Positions 1 through 10,221 of a stretch of 64,000 bases of DNA are shown one piece after another. Source of the DNA: Octopus sinensis (Eukaryota); the NCBI RefSeq assembly GCF_006345805.1, contig NC_042997.1:205158001-205222000 (forward strand), read 5' to 3'. The first letter of the stretch is position 1; each line of letters opens with the position of its first letter. The notes beneath the pieces were generated by a model. That model ran no database searches and was not told the origin of the DNA. It saw only the letters and a list, made by a program, of their open reading frames with translations. A program made the position numbers and the translations under genes.

Positions 1-10
1 CATACATATA

Positions 11-42
<32 letters not shown>

Positions 43-44
43 CA

Positions 45-210
45 TATATACGACAGGCTTCTTTCAGTTTCCGTCTACCAAATCCACTCACAAGGCTTTG
101 GTCGGCCCGGGGCTATAGCGGAAGACACTTGCCCAAGATGCCACGCAGTGGGACTGAACCCGGAACCATGTGGTTGGTTAGCAAGCTACTTACCACACAG
201 CCACTCCTGC
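45..210 (-). mobile_element. tRNA-derived SINE family 1 (5' head; body at 15845-16225 in copy B)
   Basis: Minus strand GGCGCAGGAGTGGCTGTGTGG...GGTTCAGTCCC gives A-box and B-box-like motifs; many similar copies in the window. Confidence 0.85.
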
Positions 211-239
211 GCCTTTTCAAGTATGCGATTCCATCTGAA

Positions 240-665
240 TCTTTATTATTATTGCTATTATTATTTATTGTCTTTACTCAGCTTCTAACGCTGGAGATAT
301 GCTACGGTGTCAGCTGTTCACTCCCAGTAAACTAAGGTAACACCCCCTTATTTTTCGAGTACCATCCGGAGTATTCGAGCGGTTCTAAGCAGTGCTGTTT
401 TTTGCAAGTGCTCCACCCTTTTTGCAGTCTCTATTTGTTCCATGTACTTCTCAAGATTTTTACTCACTGTTCAATTATTGGTACTACTACCACCTTTTTC
501 AGCGCTCACAACTGCTTAACCTCCCAAGCTAACCCGTCATAGCAATCGACTTTTCTTTCTTCTTTATCGCATACCTTGTTGTCAGCTGGGCAAGCTATAT
601 CTATGATCCAGCAACGTCTGATTTCTTTCTCAACGATATTCGTTTGCTTTCTTTCTCAATGAACA
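240..665 (-). mobile_element. R4/Dong-clade LINE 3' fragment (copy at ~16253-16680)
   Basis: Minus strand encodes IIDIACPADNKVCDKEERK...KKVVVVPII...LQKTALLRTARILRMVL (restriction-like endonuclease C-terminus); flanked by (TAA)n. Confidence 0.75.
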
Positions 666-833
666 CTATTATTATTATTATTATTATTATTAATATATTT
701 AAAAAAGGATTGACATAACTCTTCCCAAAGGTAAACAGTCAAGACGAAGAGCGCGATTCGATTGTAAGATATTTTATTAGTTGAACGATATTTCAAGAAC
801 ATGGTTTCAGACGCTGATTGATCGTGTCTTATC

Positions 834-893
<60 letters not shown>

Positions 894-1870
894 CTGCGGC
901 CTTAGATATTCTGAATGATAAATGGCAAGAAAAACCTCTCTATGGCAAATACCCAAAGAGAGCGAATAATGCAGATATTGACAAAGCCCTGACCCATCAA
1001 TGGCTAGTGGCCTCTGGCTTAAAATCTGAAACAGAGGGGTTTATCATAGCAGCTCAAGATCAATGCCTACCAACAAGAAACTACCGGGCCAACATATTAA
1101 ATACCAGCAGCAGTCCAACGTGTCGTGTATGCCGACAACAAAATGAAACCATTGATCATGTGGTCTCCAAGTGCAGTCTTCTAGCGCCTACAGAGTATCT
1201 CAACAGGCACGATAGAGCTGCACAATATATTCACTGGGTAATCTGCAAAAACCTGGATTTACCCCATGAAAAAAACTGGCGGGAACACAAACCACCCCCA
1301 GTGCTTGAAAATGACCACATCTCACTCCTCTGGAACTTCACCATTCAAACTGACAGAAAGATAGATGCAAATAGGCCAGACATCATATTGAAAGACTTCA
1401 ACAAAGAACATGCCTCCTCATTGATATGACTGTCCCAATCGATATAAACGTATCTGTCAAGACCTACCAAAAACTGAGCAAATATAAAGATCTTGAAATA
1501 GAAATCAGCAAAATGTGGAACCTGAAGACTAAAACAATACCTGTTGTCATAGGTTCCCTGGGAATGATAGCAAAAGGGGCTGATAGCTACCTAACTCAGA
1601 TACCAGGAAACCCCAAAATGGCAGAAATTCAAAAGGTAGTGCTCTTGGGAACTGCTCATATCCTACGCAAAATACTTTCTATGTAATCTCAAGGTTTAAA
1701 ACAAACATTTGTTTTCTTTTTTTTTCAGACATCCACCAGTACAACACAAAAAACAACCAAATATATGGCACACTAGGCATAACAACAACGTGAACTTCCA
1801 GCCTGTTGTCTCTTGAGGTCTCCGGGTGAGACTTGGAGCCAACTTGTACAAATATAAAGCAAAATCAAAC
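894..1870 (+). mobile_element. 5'-truncated R4/Dong-clade LINE (CCHC finger + RLE endonuclease), copy at 16975-17951
   Basis: GLKSETEGFIIAAQDQCL, CRVC..ETIDHVVSKC, RHD, NRPDIILKD, KLSKYKDL, IPVVIGSLG; one frameshift at ~1415; (TAA)n on both sides. Confidence 0.9.
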
Positions 1871-1914
1871 ATAATAATAATAATAACAACAACAATAACA
1901 ACAATAATAATAAC

Positions 1915-1970
<56 letters not shown>

Positions 1971-1972
<2 letters not shown>

Positions 1973-2174
1973 TTATTGTATACAGTACTCAGGTGCACCA
2001 CAACTTGTCAAACGTGCGTATAAAGCATCTGCAGTAATGTACAAATGTCTGGAAAGTGAACAGTGTATGACTCAGATACATGCTTGCATATGTATGGAGG
2101 GGAGAAAATCAGGTGTAGTGATGGCCAATCTCAAGAAGCATGGAAGTTTTGAATGATGCAGTGCTCCGACAACT
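1971..2174 (-). mobile_element. CR1-type LINE 3' end, short copy (also ~18135-18345)
   Basis: Near-identical to 2920-3130; (ATT)n tail. Confidence 0.8.
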
Positions 2175-2868
2175 GAACGATATTTCAACAGTACGTCTGT
2201 CTTTGTCAAGTTCAAAATAAGAGGTGAAAAAAATTCAAAATTACAGAAATTTAAACGTAAAGTATGAACGAGAGCAGCCAGCGTCCACACGTTGATGGGA
2301 TAACATCATCAGTTTTTAAGTTACGATTTTATAACAGGTGAAAAGAAAAAGACAAAAAAAACAGAAAAAAGAAGACGACAGAAAAAAGGAAAGAAAAGGA
2401 GAGAAAGAAGAATATCTAATCAAACAGTTTTGTATGAATTTGATGATATTCTCCTGTCATTTTATTCATTCCTCCAGGGCGTGATGTTAATAACCCACAA
2501 ACATATTTCTCCTCATGCATTTTGAGAAGTGAAAGTGAAGCAGATTCAGAATATTTTCTGAGAATATGCACTTTCAAGTCTTCTTCATAATTGCAGCGAA
2601 ATGTTCGGCAAATTCTGTCGAACTACTGTTATTGTGCCTGACGTCGAATCTGAGCCCATTAAACCTTTTGTTTAATTGTTCGAGATGCCATTTATTTATT
2701 CGAAAATAAATGTCATCTACATTCGTAATATTCTTTTCTGTAATTAGTATTATTATTTATCATTACTTAATTAATATAGTAGTTTTCAGTCAAAACAATA
2801 ACAATTGCTACAGTCATGACCAAGATTCCAAGAACATGGTTTCGGACGCTGATTGATCGTGTCTTATC

Positions 2869-2919
<51 letters not shown>

Positions 2920-2921
<2 letters not shown>

Positions 2922-3445
2922 AATTATTGTATACAGTGCTCAGGTGCACCACAACTTGTCAAAAGTGCGTATAAAGCATCTGCAGTAATGTACAAATGTC
3001 TGGAAAGTGAACAGTGTATGAGTCAGATACATGCTTGCGTGTGTATGGAGGAGAGAAAATCAGGTGTAGTGTTGGCGAATCTCAGGAAGCATGGAAGTTT
3101 TGAAGGATGCAGTGCTCCAACAACTAACAACTGATGCCGGCAGTTTGTTCCATGCTTCAGCAACTCTTAGCGTGAAAAAATGTTTCCGAAAGTCATGGAA
3201 GGAGCTGTGCTGTTTTCTGACTTTGTAAACATGTCCACGGGTGTTAGACAGGTGGAGTTTGAAGAGGTGCTCAGAGTTATTGTTTGTGAGATGGTTAATA
3301 ATTTTATGGGTGTCTGCCAAGTCAGCTGCCAGACGTCGGGGTTTCAATGTATCCTTGCCCAGGGAAGTAAGGCGTTCAGAATATGGCAAACGCCTGATGG
3401 AGGGAATTCCCTTGGTTGCACGTCGCTGAACGGCTTCCAGACGAT
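2920..3445 (-). mobile_element. CR1-type LINE 3' end (also ~19092-19617)
   Basis: LEAVQRRATK.IP.I..LPYSERL..L...TL..RRL..DL...HKII...TRGH..K....FF.LRV.EAWN.LP, typical CR1/L2 RT C-terminus; (ATT)n tail. Confidence 0.9.
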
Positions 3446-3479
3446 ATGTTTGTGCGTGTGTCTGTAAATGCTTATGCCC

Positions 3480-3790
3480 GCGTGTGTGTGTGTGTTTGTA
3501 TGTATGTGAATGAGTGTGTGTGTGTGTTTGTATATATATATATGTGTGTGTGTGTGTGAGTGTTTGTTTGTATGTGTGGGAACATGTGTGTGAATGTATG
3601 TGTGAGTGTGTGCATGTGTGTGTGTGGGGGGTGTATGTGGGTTTGTGTGAGTGTTTGTGTGGGCGTGTGTGTGTGTGTTTGTGTGTGCATGGGTGTGTAA
3701 GTATGTGAGTGTGTGTGTTAGTGTGTGTGTTCGTGTTCATGTGTGTGTGTGCGTGTGTGTACGTGTGTGCGCGAGTGCATGTGCGTGTGT
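3480..3790. repeat. Imperfect (GT)n microsatellite (also ~19652-19962)
   Basis: Direct reading; explains the spurious HT/CV-rich ORFs. Confidence 0.95.
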
Positions 3791-3909
3791 ACCTTTATAT
3801 TTGCAAGTGGTCATTCGAAGGTCACTGCTCCATCATTCGTTGAAAGAAAGAATTTGAACTAAAGATTTATAAAACTTGTTTCTTTTAATGAGATTCTTTA
3901 TCTCTATAG

Positions 3910-3966
<57 letters not shown>

Positions 3967-5034
3967 TACATACATATATACATACATTTTCAAGAGACGT
4001 CATTGATGTCTGTCATTGTATTGAGAATGATGTCCCTAAAGTAGAAAAATCTCTAGCAACATTTGGGGCTTGTTTGAATTGAATAAATTGATGTCGCTGT
4101 GGTGGAAAAATCTATGGTTATTTAGCATTAGAGAGAATCCATTCCATTTTAAAAGAAGCTGTGATGTTTGTAATTTGAAAGACAGCCTCTTCTTGCAAGA
4201 CGGCAGGGAAGTGGAGAGCCTCCCTGTATTGAGTGTTCCGTACCCTTCTTAGAAATGGGCCCCCGATATCAAAGAAGCGCCAATATCGATGGGTCCTCAA
4301 ATATCGCGTGGGATCCCAATATCGCGGGGTCTGCCAATATCAAGGGAGCTCAGGAGAATTGTCCTTGGCACCCCTATAAACAGTGCAACATAGAATATCC
4401 TCTGCCTGTTACAAGACATTCAGTGAAGCATGGACTCGAAAGTCCGCATGAGAACACAGTGCCACTAAGAAACTTTACTAATTCAAAATTATTCCTAGCT
4501 TCATACATCTGCGTTTTCAATTCGAATATGGCCTCGTTCAAATGTCATTCCAGTTTCACAGGTTTTCATACAATTATTAACATTTATAAATTAGGAACAG
4601 AGTAAATCCAAAGATTGATTGCAATCACAAAATCCTCAAGAATTCACTAAACTTTAAATTAGAAAATATTACAACAAAAAATAGAGAGAAAGTTCGTTAC
4701 AGCAAAATATAAACAATTCCTCTGCCTCGCTGGCCACAATACTTCTTTTTATTAGAAAAATAAACAATAAAATAGATTTACATTCAGTTTATAATGAATA
4801 CTTTCCGGAATTTCTTGCAATTAAAAGTTTCTCAGAACCCATTTAATGGTAAATGAGGAATGAATACAACAAAAATCAATGGAGAAATGGAAACAACAAA
4901 ACAAGATTTCCTGGGATATATCGACCAAAATATTTATGTATATTAATTAATTTACATTTTACTTTAAATAAATATTCTCCATTTCAAAAACTTACAAAAT
5001 GAAGAAAATACATTATTCTTCATTAATTTGACTT

Positions 5035-5057
5035 GTTCAATCTTTCTTTATTTACAG
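5035..5057 (+). promoter_or_regulatory. 3' splice acceptor of a 5'-UTR intron, copy 1
   Basis: Polypyrimidine tract TCTTTCTTTATTTACAG ending at 5057, followed by 10 nt then ATG; same geometry in the inverted paralog. Confidence 0.7.
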
Positions 5058-5067
5058 ATAACCAAAT

Positions 5068-7290
5068 ATGGCTGCCATGCAGACGATAACAGCAGCGACC
5101 AGTTCTCTTATTCTTTCAGTCATTCTTATTGTCACACTGACATCACTAAACATCGATGCGAAGGAACTCGACAATGATTGTGAAATTCAAATTTCTCCCA
5201 ATGTCAGTGAGATTTTATTTCGTTTAGTAAAATTAGAAAAAAAGATTTTCAATTTTGAAGTTCATTTATCTGATAAAAAATTTGATAACCTACTAAACCC
5301 TATACCTTTGGATTATTTTGCAAATGCGAGACATTTTACCTGGATTCCAGATGAACCAGATGGTTTAATAGCATATAAAAAGTTTTTCTATGATTTCTCA
5401 ATTCACTCTTTTAATTTGTTAGATGTCTACATTGCTAATCCAAGGATTGATATCAATATACACTGTAGAAAACAAAATATCCAGAGACATGATTTAATAT
5501 ATTTGATTTTCGAGGAACTGAAAAAAATCTTATTTATCCCTAAATTGCATAAAGGAAAATCTGGATACATGTGTTTTTATATAAATTTGTCTTATGATAT
5601 GAAGAAGAACAACCCTAGCACCCTTGAAGCTTACAGAAGAATTGGTATAAACCGAGAGATACTGAAGAACTATTGCTGTGAGATCTATAAAAATGGAACC
5701 TATGTTTATCATCCCAAATCTATTTGTTCGGGAAAAATCATTGAAAATGCTATGTTTGTCAATTTTGAGAACATCGTTGGAGCCATTTTGTGGGCTATAT
5801 TACCATTAATTATTAGCTTTGTATCAAAAGCTAAATTACCTTCATATTCCCGTCAACTCAGTCTGCGACTGTTTGCTCAAGATGAATTCTTATTTACAAC
5901 TAAAAACACATTGCCACACGAATCAGAGTGGATCAATGAAAGCAATAATATTTACACATTCTCTCATTTTCTGTCTTGGTTGTTTTGCTTTCACCATTCC
6001 ACTCTCTTAGCCTCAAGGCTGAGAAGATTCCTTTGTATTCTATTCTCTCTTTCAGTAATTTTCCTGGATCTTTTGATGCATTACTTCTTTTTGTATGAAA
6101 CGATAGAAATACTTTTCCAAGATGGTATACCATTGGGACATCGCGCCTTAATATTAGGAATCCCAGAAAGTTATGAGAACACTGATGGCTTTTTTGGGGG
6201 TCCGTTTGCATGCTTAATCAGTTACGTATCTTTCAACTTTATCCTCTTCGTTCTTCCCAGTCGTTTAAGCGAGACTATCGCTTATAATACATTACATCAA
6301 AGATCCACTTTCACGTTTCTCATTCAAAATAAGAGATTATTAGAGAAGTATGGCAATTTAAATGTTTCTACTCTACAGGATTATGATCTACTCTATGCAA
6401 TAATGAAAGCTAATATTTCTACTGCTTTAAACCCAAATTTCTGGCATTTAATAATTTATTCTTGGATTAATCGTATAAAGCAAACTTGGTTTTATTACGA
6501 AAAGAAAAATATTTTCTGCCAATTCATATTACTTTGGTTTTTCGTTGCCATTACAATTCTATTTGTTGTATTTTCTATCTGCGAATTTTTTCTGTGTCTC
6601 CTTTATTACGGAATCCCAACTGTTTATTTGATTTTAACTTTACCAGCAAGTTATTTTAGAGTTTATATTTTCCCCCAGTATTTGAATCCTAACTATATTT
6701 TCAAGATTATTTCTGTAATTCTAACTATTCTATCATTGCCGTTTTATCTATTATGGGGACTTTATTCAGTCTATATATTTCTTACAAGTTTTCAAGCCCT
6801 TTGCAACTATGTATTTTCAATAGGTATTGCAGTTCTTGCTAAGCCTGGTACTATTGGTGATATATGGTTTGCTGTAATGTTTTTTGTCTATGGTACTGCA
6901 GTTATAAAAGCTATTCAGAAACAATATGACTCTATACTTGTTCAGTCTAGAAATTTAACCCAAACTATTCGCCCGAATTTAGTTCAGTCAAAATACGGAG
7001 AGGAATTCATAAATGCCAAGCTGTTCAAGACGATTGTTAACCATCATTTTCCATTGAGATACGAGATTGGTAAATCCATTATAAAACTGTTTCTAATCGT
7101 ATCTTTCTTCTTTGCTTGCAACAATGTAATAAATCGAAATGACTTGGCCTTATCAGCATTCACAAGGATTACTTTGATATTGATGACGTCTACCATCCCT
7201 CAATTATTGTCAATAATCAATGCTAACATTCATCTTGACAGTTCCCTTTTAGATAAAATTATTGAAACAATTAATGTGTTTAAAGAATGA
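5068..7290 (+). CDS. Uncharacterised 740-aa multi-pass membrane protein (signal peptide, Cys-containing ectodomain, ~9-10 TM segments); single coding exon, copy 1
   Basis: Uninterrupted 2223-bp ORF in otherwise repeat-rich DNA. Hydrophobic N-terminus (aa ~13-31); Cys at 38, 133, 169, 203, 204, 220; N-glycosylation sequons N45, N173, N209; many hydrophobic stretches from aa ~229. Splice acceptor 10 nt upstream of ATG and AATAAA immediately after the stop. Diverged paralogs in the window conserve the protein motifs. Confidence 0.9.
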   Translation: MAAMQTITAATSSLILSVILIVTLTSLNIDAKELDNDCEIQISPNVSEILFRLVKLEKKIFNFEVHLSDKKFDNLLNPIPLDYFANARHFTWIPDEPDGLIAYKKFFYDFSIHSFNLLDVYIANPRIDINIHCRKQNIQRHDLIYLIFEELKKILFIPKLHKGKSGYMCFYINLSYDMKKNNPSTLEAYRRIGINREILKNYCCEIYKNGTYVYHPKSICSGKIIENAMFVNFENIVGAILWAILPLIISFVSKAKLPSYSRQLSLRLFAQDEFLFTTKNTLPHESEWINESNNIYTFSHFLSWLFCFHHSTLLASRLRRFLCILFSLSVIFLDLLMHYFFLYETIEILFQDGIPLGHRALILGIPESYENTDGFFGGPFACLISYVSFNFILFVLPSRLSETIAYNTLHQRSTFTFLIQNKRLLEKYGNLNVSTLQDYDLLYAIMKANISTALNPNFWHLIIYSWINRIKQTWFYYEKKNIFCQFILLWFFVAITILFVVFSICEFFLCLLYYGIPTVYLILTLPASYFRVYIFPQYLNPNYIFKIISVILTILSLPFYLLWGLYSVYIFLTSFQALCNYVFSIGIAVLAKPGTIGDIWFAVMFFVYGTAVIKAIQKQYDSILVQSRNLTQTIRPNLVQSKYGEEFINAKLFKTIVNHHFPLRYEIGKSIIKLFLIVSFFFACNNVINRNDLALSAFTRITLILMTSTIPQLLSIINANIHLDSSLLDKIIETINVFKE

Positions 7291-7330
7291 AATAAATAAC
7301 GAAGGATTTTTTTAATTAATCAATAAAAAA
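7291..7330 (+). terminator. Candidate polyadenylation signals (also at 23463-23502)
   Basis: AATAAA at 7291-7296 directly after TGA and further AATAAA hexamers within 40 nt; AT-rich background lowers specificity. Confidence 0.35.
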
Positions 7331-7380
7331 TAAATAAATAATATTTTACTATTATTCTTTTCGTTTTTTTTATTTGTTTC

Positions 7381-7745
7381 AGCCATTTGATTGCGGCCGT
7401 GCTTGAGCACCGCCTCTTAGACAAAGAAATCGACTTTGGGACTTATTCTTTGTAAGCCTGGTACTTATTCTGTCTGTCTCTTTTACCGAACCACTAAGTA
7501 ACGGGGACGTAAACACGCCAACATAGGTTACCAGGCTATAGTGGTGGGGGGACAAGCAGAAACACATAAATATATACATATTCATATACGACAGGTTTCT
7601 TTCAGTTTCCGTCTACCAAATCCACTCATAAGGCTTTAGTCGGCCCGAGGCTACAGTAGAAGACACTTGCCCTAAGTGCGACACAGTGGGACTGAACCCG
7701 GAATTATGCGGACGGTTGGGAAGAAAGCTTCTTACCACACAGCCA
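7381..7745 (-). mobile_element. SINE family 1 (also ~23553-23917)
   Basis: Same head and body as 15845-16225. Confidence 0.85.
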
Positions 7746-8148
7746 AACCTAGAAATTATTTCATCTTTTTTAAATACATTGTAAACTTTTAATAAAGCCG
7801 ATCTCTATTGATATATATATATACAGAAACACAAAAAGCTTGACTGAAATATATGTAAAGTGTTACACATACCCAGCATCATAAATATGTACATGCATAT
7901 GTATGGTAAATATACATGCGTAAATATACATATATATATATATATATCTATATATATATATATATATATGTACGTATGTATGTATGTAGTATGTATGTAT
8001 GTATGTATATGTATGTATGTATGTATGTACGTATGTATGTATGTATGTATGTATGTATATGTATGTATGTATGTATGATGTATGTATGTATGTATGTATG
8101 TATGTATGCTTTCACGGCGCCGTTTTTACAATCCTGTAAATAATAATA

Positions 8149-8406
8149 ATGGTATTTTCATATAAGCTCAGAGCTTATGTCGATCACCGTGCAATGACTA
8201 AGGAAAATAGTCTAATAAAGGGGCATCTAAGCCCTCGACAGAAAAAAGAAGGCTTTCCTATCTGCGTGGGGGTCGAACCCACATCTCTACTCCTATGCAG
8301 ATAGGAAAAGCTTTTTTCTGTCGAGAGCTTATATGTCCCTTTATTAGACTATTTTCCTTAGTCACTGCACGGTGATCGTCATAAGCTTCAAGCTTATATA
8401 ACAATA

Positions 8407-8410
<4 letters not shown>
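8149..8410. mobile_element. Palindromic MITE-like element (also 24189-24449)
   Basis: ~115-bp imperfect inverted arms (ATGGTATT...AATACCAT) around a short centre; ends at (TA)n. Confidence 0.75.
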
Positions 8411-8489
<79 letters not shown>

Positions 8490-9384
8490 ATATATATATA
8501 TACATCTATATATATATATATACATCTATATATGCATATATACATAAGTATATGTACATACTTACATCTATACGTATATACATATGAATATGTGGGAACA
8601 GTACGTCACGGAATGTAAACATAACAAACGAAATACCAATACATGGAATATGAACTTTCTTTGCAAAAACGAAAGAAACAAATGGAAAACAAGACAAGTA
8701 ACATAACGAATGACCCTTCATCAGTTGTCGGCTGTTTTTCTAATCCGTATTTCGAGCAATTCAACGACAAGATACGCCTTCGATAGAACACTTGCTCTCA
8801 CGAAGCAATTTCTATAAAATTTGGGATTTTGTGGTGATGTGGCCAACGCGGAGAAACAAGCTTGGACAGGAGACAGACAAGAATACGTCTGATTCCTTCA
8901 GCTGCAACAGAAAGAAAGAGAAAGAAAAAATATACGAGTGTGTATATACACATATAGATATATAGATATGCATGCTATTTATTAGAAACAAAGATTTCTG
9001 TTAAAACCCCAGGGGGATAACTTTACCACGACGACTATTATCATTACTGCTGCTAGTTATTGAACTGCTCCAGCCACTGCTATAGAAAACAGTCTTGACC
9101 ACACTACTTAATTTACCATCACGGACAGTAGTAATTTGCCATCACAGACAGTGCCACTAGTAATGCCACGAAAATTAAAGGAAATTACCTGCTCTTGCAG
9201 GAAAAAAGAAAGTAAACTATGAACGTTTATTTTAATAATTTTATTAATAACTTTTTCTCTACATCTTCCAATTTTTTGATAATGTTTTTCAAAAACCGAA
9301 ACATGTAAAACAAAAACATTTTTCTTTTAATGTATTTATAAAAAGAAATACAAATGTATCTAATTTTCGTTCTTCTTTTTCATA

Positions 9385-9935
9385 TATATATAGGGGTTGG
9401 ATGAGTCTAATGGTGATTACGAATGTACGGCAGCTCGGAAAACTCACTCTGATCATTCTGTTAAGAAAAGAACTTCTGAATTTGTTGGTGAGATCCAGGC
9501 CATGATTGACAATGATGCCTCCAAGTCAATCAGGTCCATCACCAGGGACATGGAAGTGTCTGAGTTTCTTATCGGGCAGGTAGTGCATGAAGACATTCAA
9601 CATTCCTCATACAAAATGAGAAAAGGCCACTTTTTGTCCCAATTCCTCAAGGACAAGAGGAAACACCGTGCCACGAAGCTTTTGAACAAACCCAGTCATC
9701 CCCTCCAACTGAACATGCATTGGTTTTTCTCAGACGAGAAAAAATTTCTGCCAGGATCAGATGGTGATAAAATTCAAACATTCAGCCAACATCCGAGACT
9801 CAACTCGGAGGCCTACATCAAGTGCATGGAGGAGGTAGTGCTGCCCTGAGTCAAAAGAGTGGCTGGTGGAAGACCCGATGTTTGGCAACAGCACTCTGCA
9901 CCATGCCGCATAAGCAACAGTACTCAGTCTTTCCA
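9385..9935 (+). mobile_element. Tc1/mariner (DD37D/maT-like) transposase remnant; longer version at 25515-26315
   Basis: KSIRSITRDMEVSE (HTH), SYKMRKGHFL, WFFSDEK (first catalytic D), RLNSEAY..VLP, VAGGRP.VWQQ; TA-CAGGGG start in copy B. Confidence 0.85.
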
Positions 9936-10135
9936 TCTCCTTATTCGTTTACTCCCTTCCTCTTTTTTGTCATCTTATTGATATATACCATTCTCATTTT
10001 CCATATTTTCCCCCCTTATTTTGTCTCTGATGACGGAATATCTCGTATTCGGGGAGATATCCCACAAACAGCTGTAAGATCATGAATTTCTTCCTGTAAT
10101 AATATTGTATATGACTTGAGTTGTTTGCCATTATG
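9935..10135 (+). repeat. Hammerhead-containing repeat; inverted copy at ~13950-14200 (B: ~26315-26520 and ~30345-30600)
   Basis: 9935-10100 is the reverse complement of 14005-14200 (about 85% by eye). Confidence 0.7.
10023..10080 (+). ncRNA. Type I hammerhead-ribozyme-like motif, degenerate (GAAA>CAAA); also 26401-26458
   Basis: GTCT-CTGATGA-stem II (GGAATATCTC/GAGATATCC)-CAAAC-AGCT-GTA-AGAT. Confidence 0.55.
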
Positions 10136-10148
10136 CGTGACGTCCTGT

Positions 10149-10221
<73 letters not shown>

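Noticed and set aside
4255-4605. 116-aa ORF upstream of the membrane gene as a real CDS
   Set aside because: No recognisable domain or splice context; openness is partly explained by the 18-bp repeat.
5068-5760. Octopus chemotactile receptor / nicotinic receptor identity (intronless, tandem, NYCC resembling the alpha-subunit vicinal Cys)
   Set aside because: No C-x13-C Cys-loop, about 9-10 rather than 4 hydrophobic segments, and 740 aa is too long.
5530-6211. Short overlapping ORFs (5530-5712, 5819-6010, 5933-6211 and their duplicates)
   Set aside because: Shadow frames of the main CDS with no independent support.
5750-7290. GPCR assignment
   Set aside because: No DRY/NPxxY, GPS or class C signature seen; spacing and number of hydrophobic segments do not fit 7TM.
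8590-8735. Hammerhead with long stem II (minus CTGATGA at ~8718-8724)
   Set aside because: The expected GAAAC reads GTGAC and stem I is poor; at most a dead remnant.
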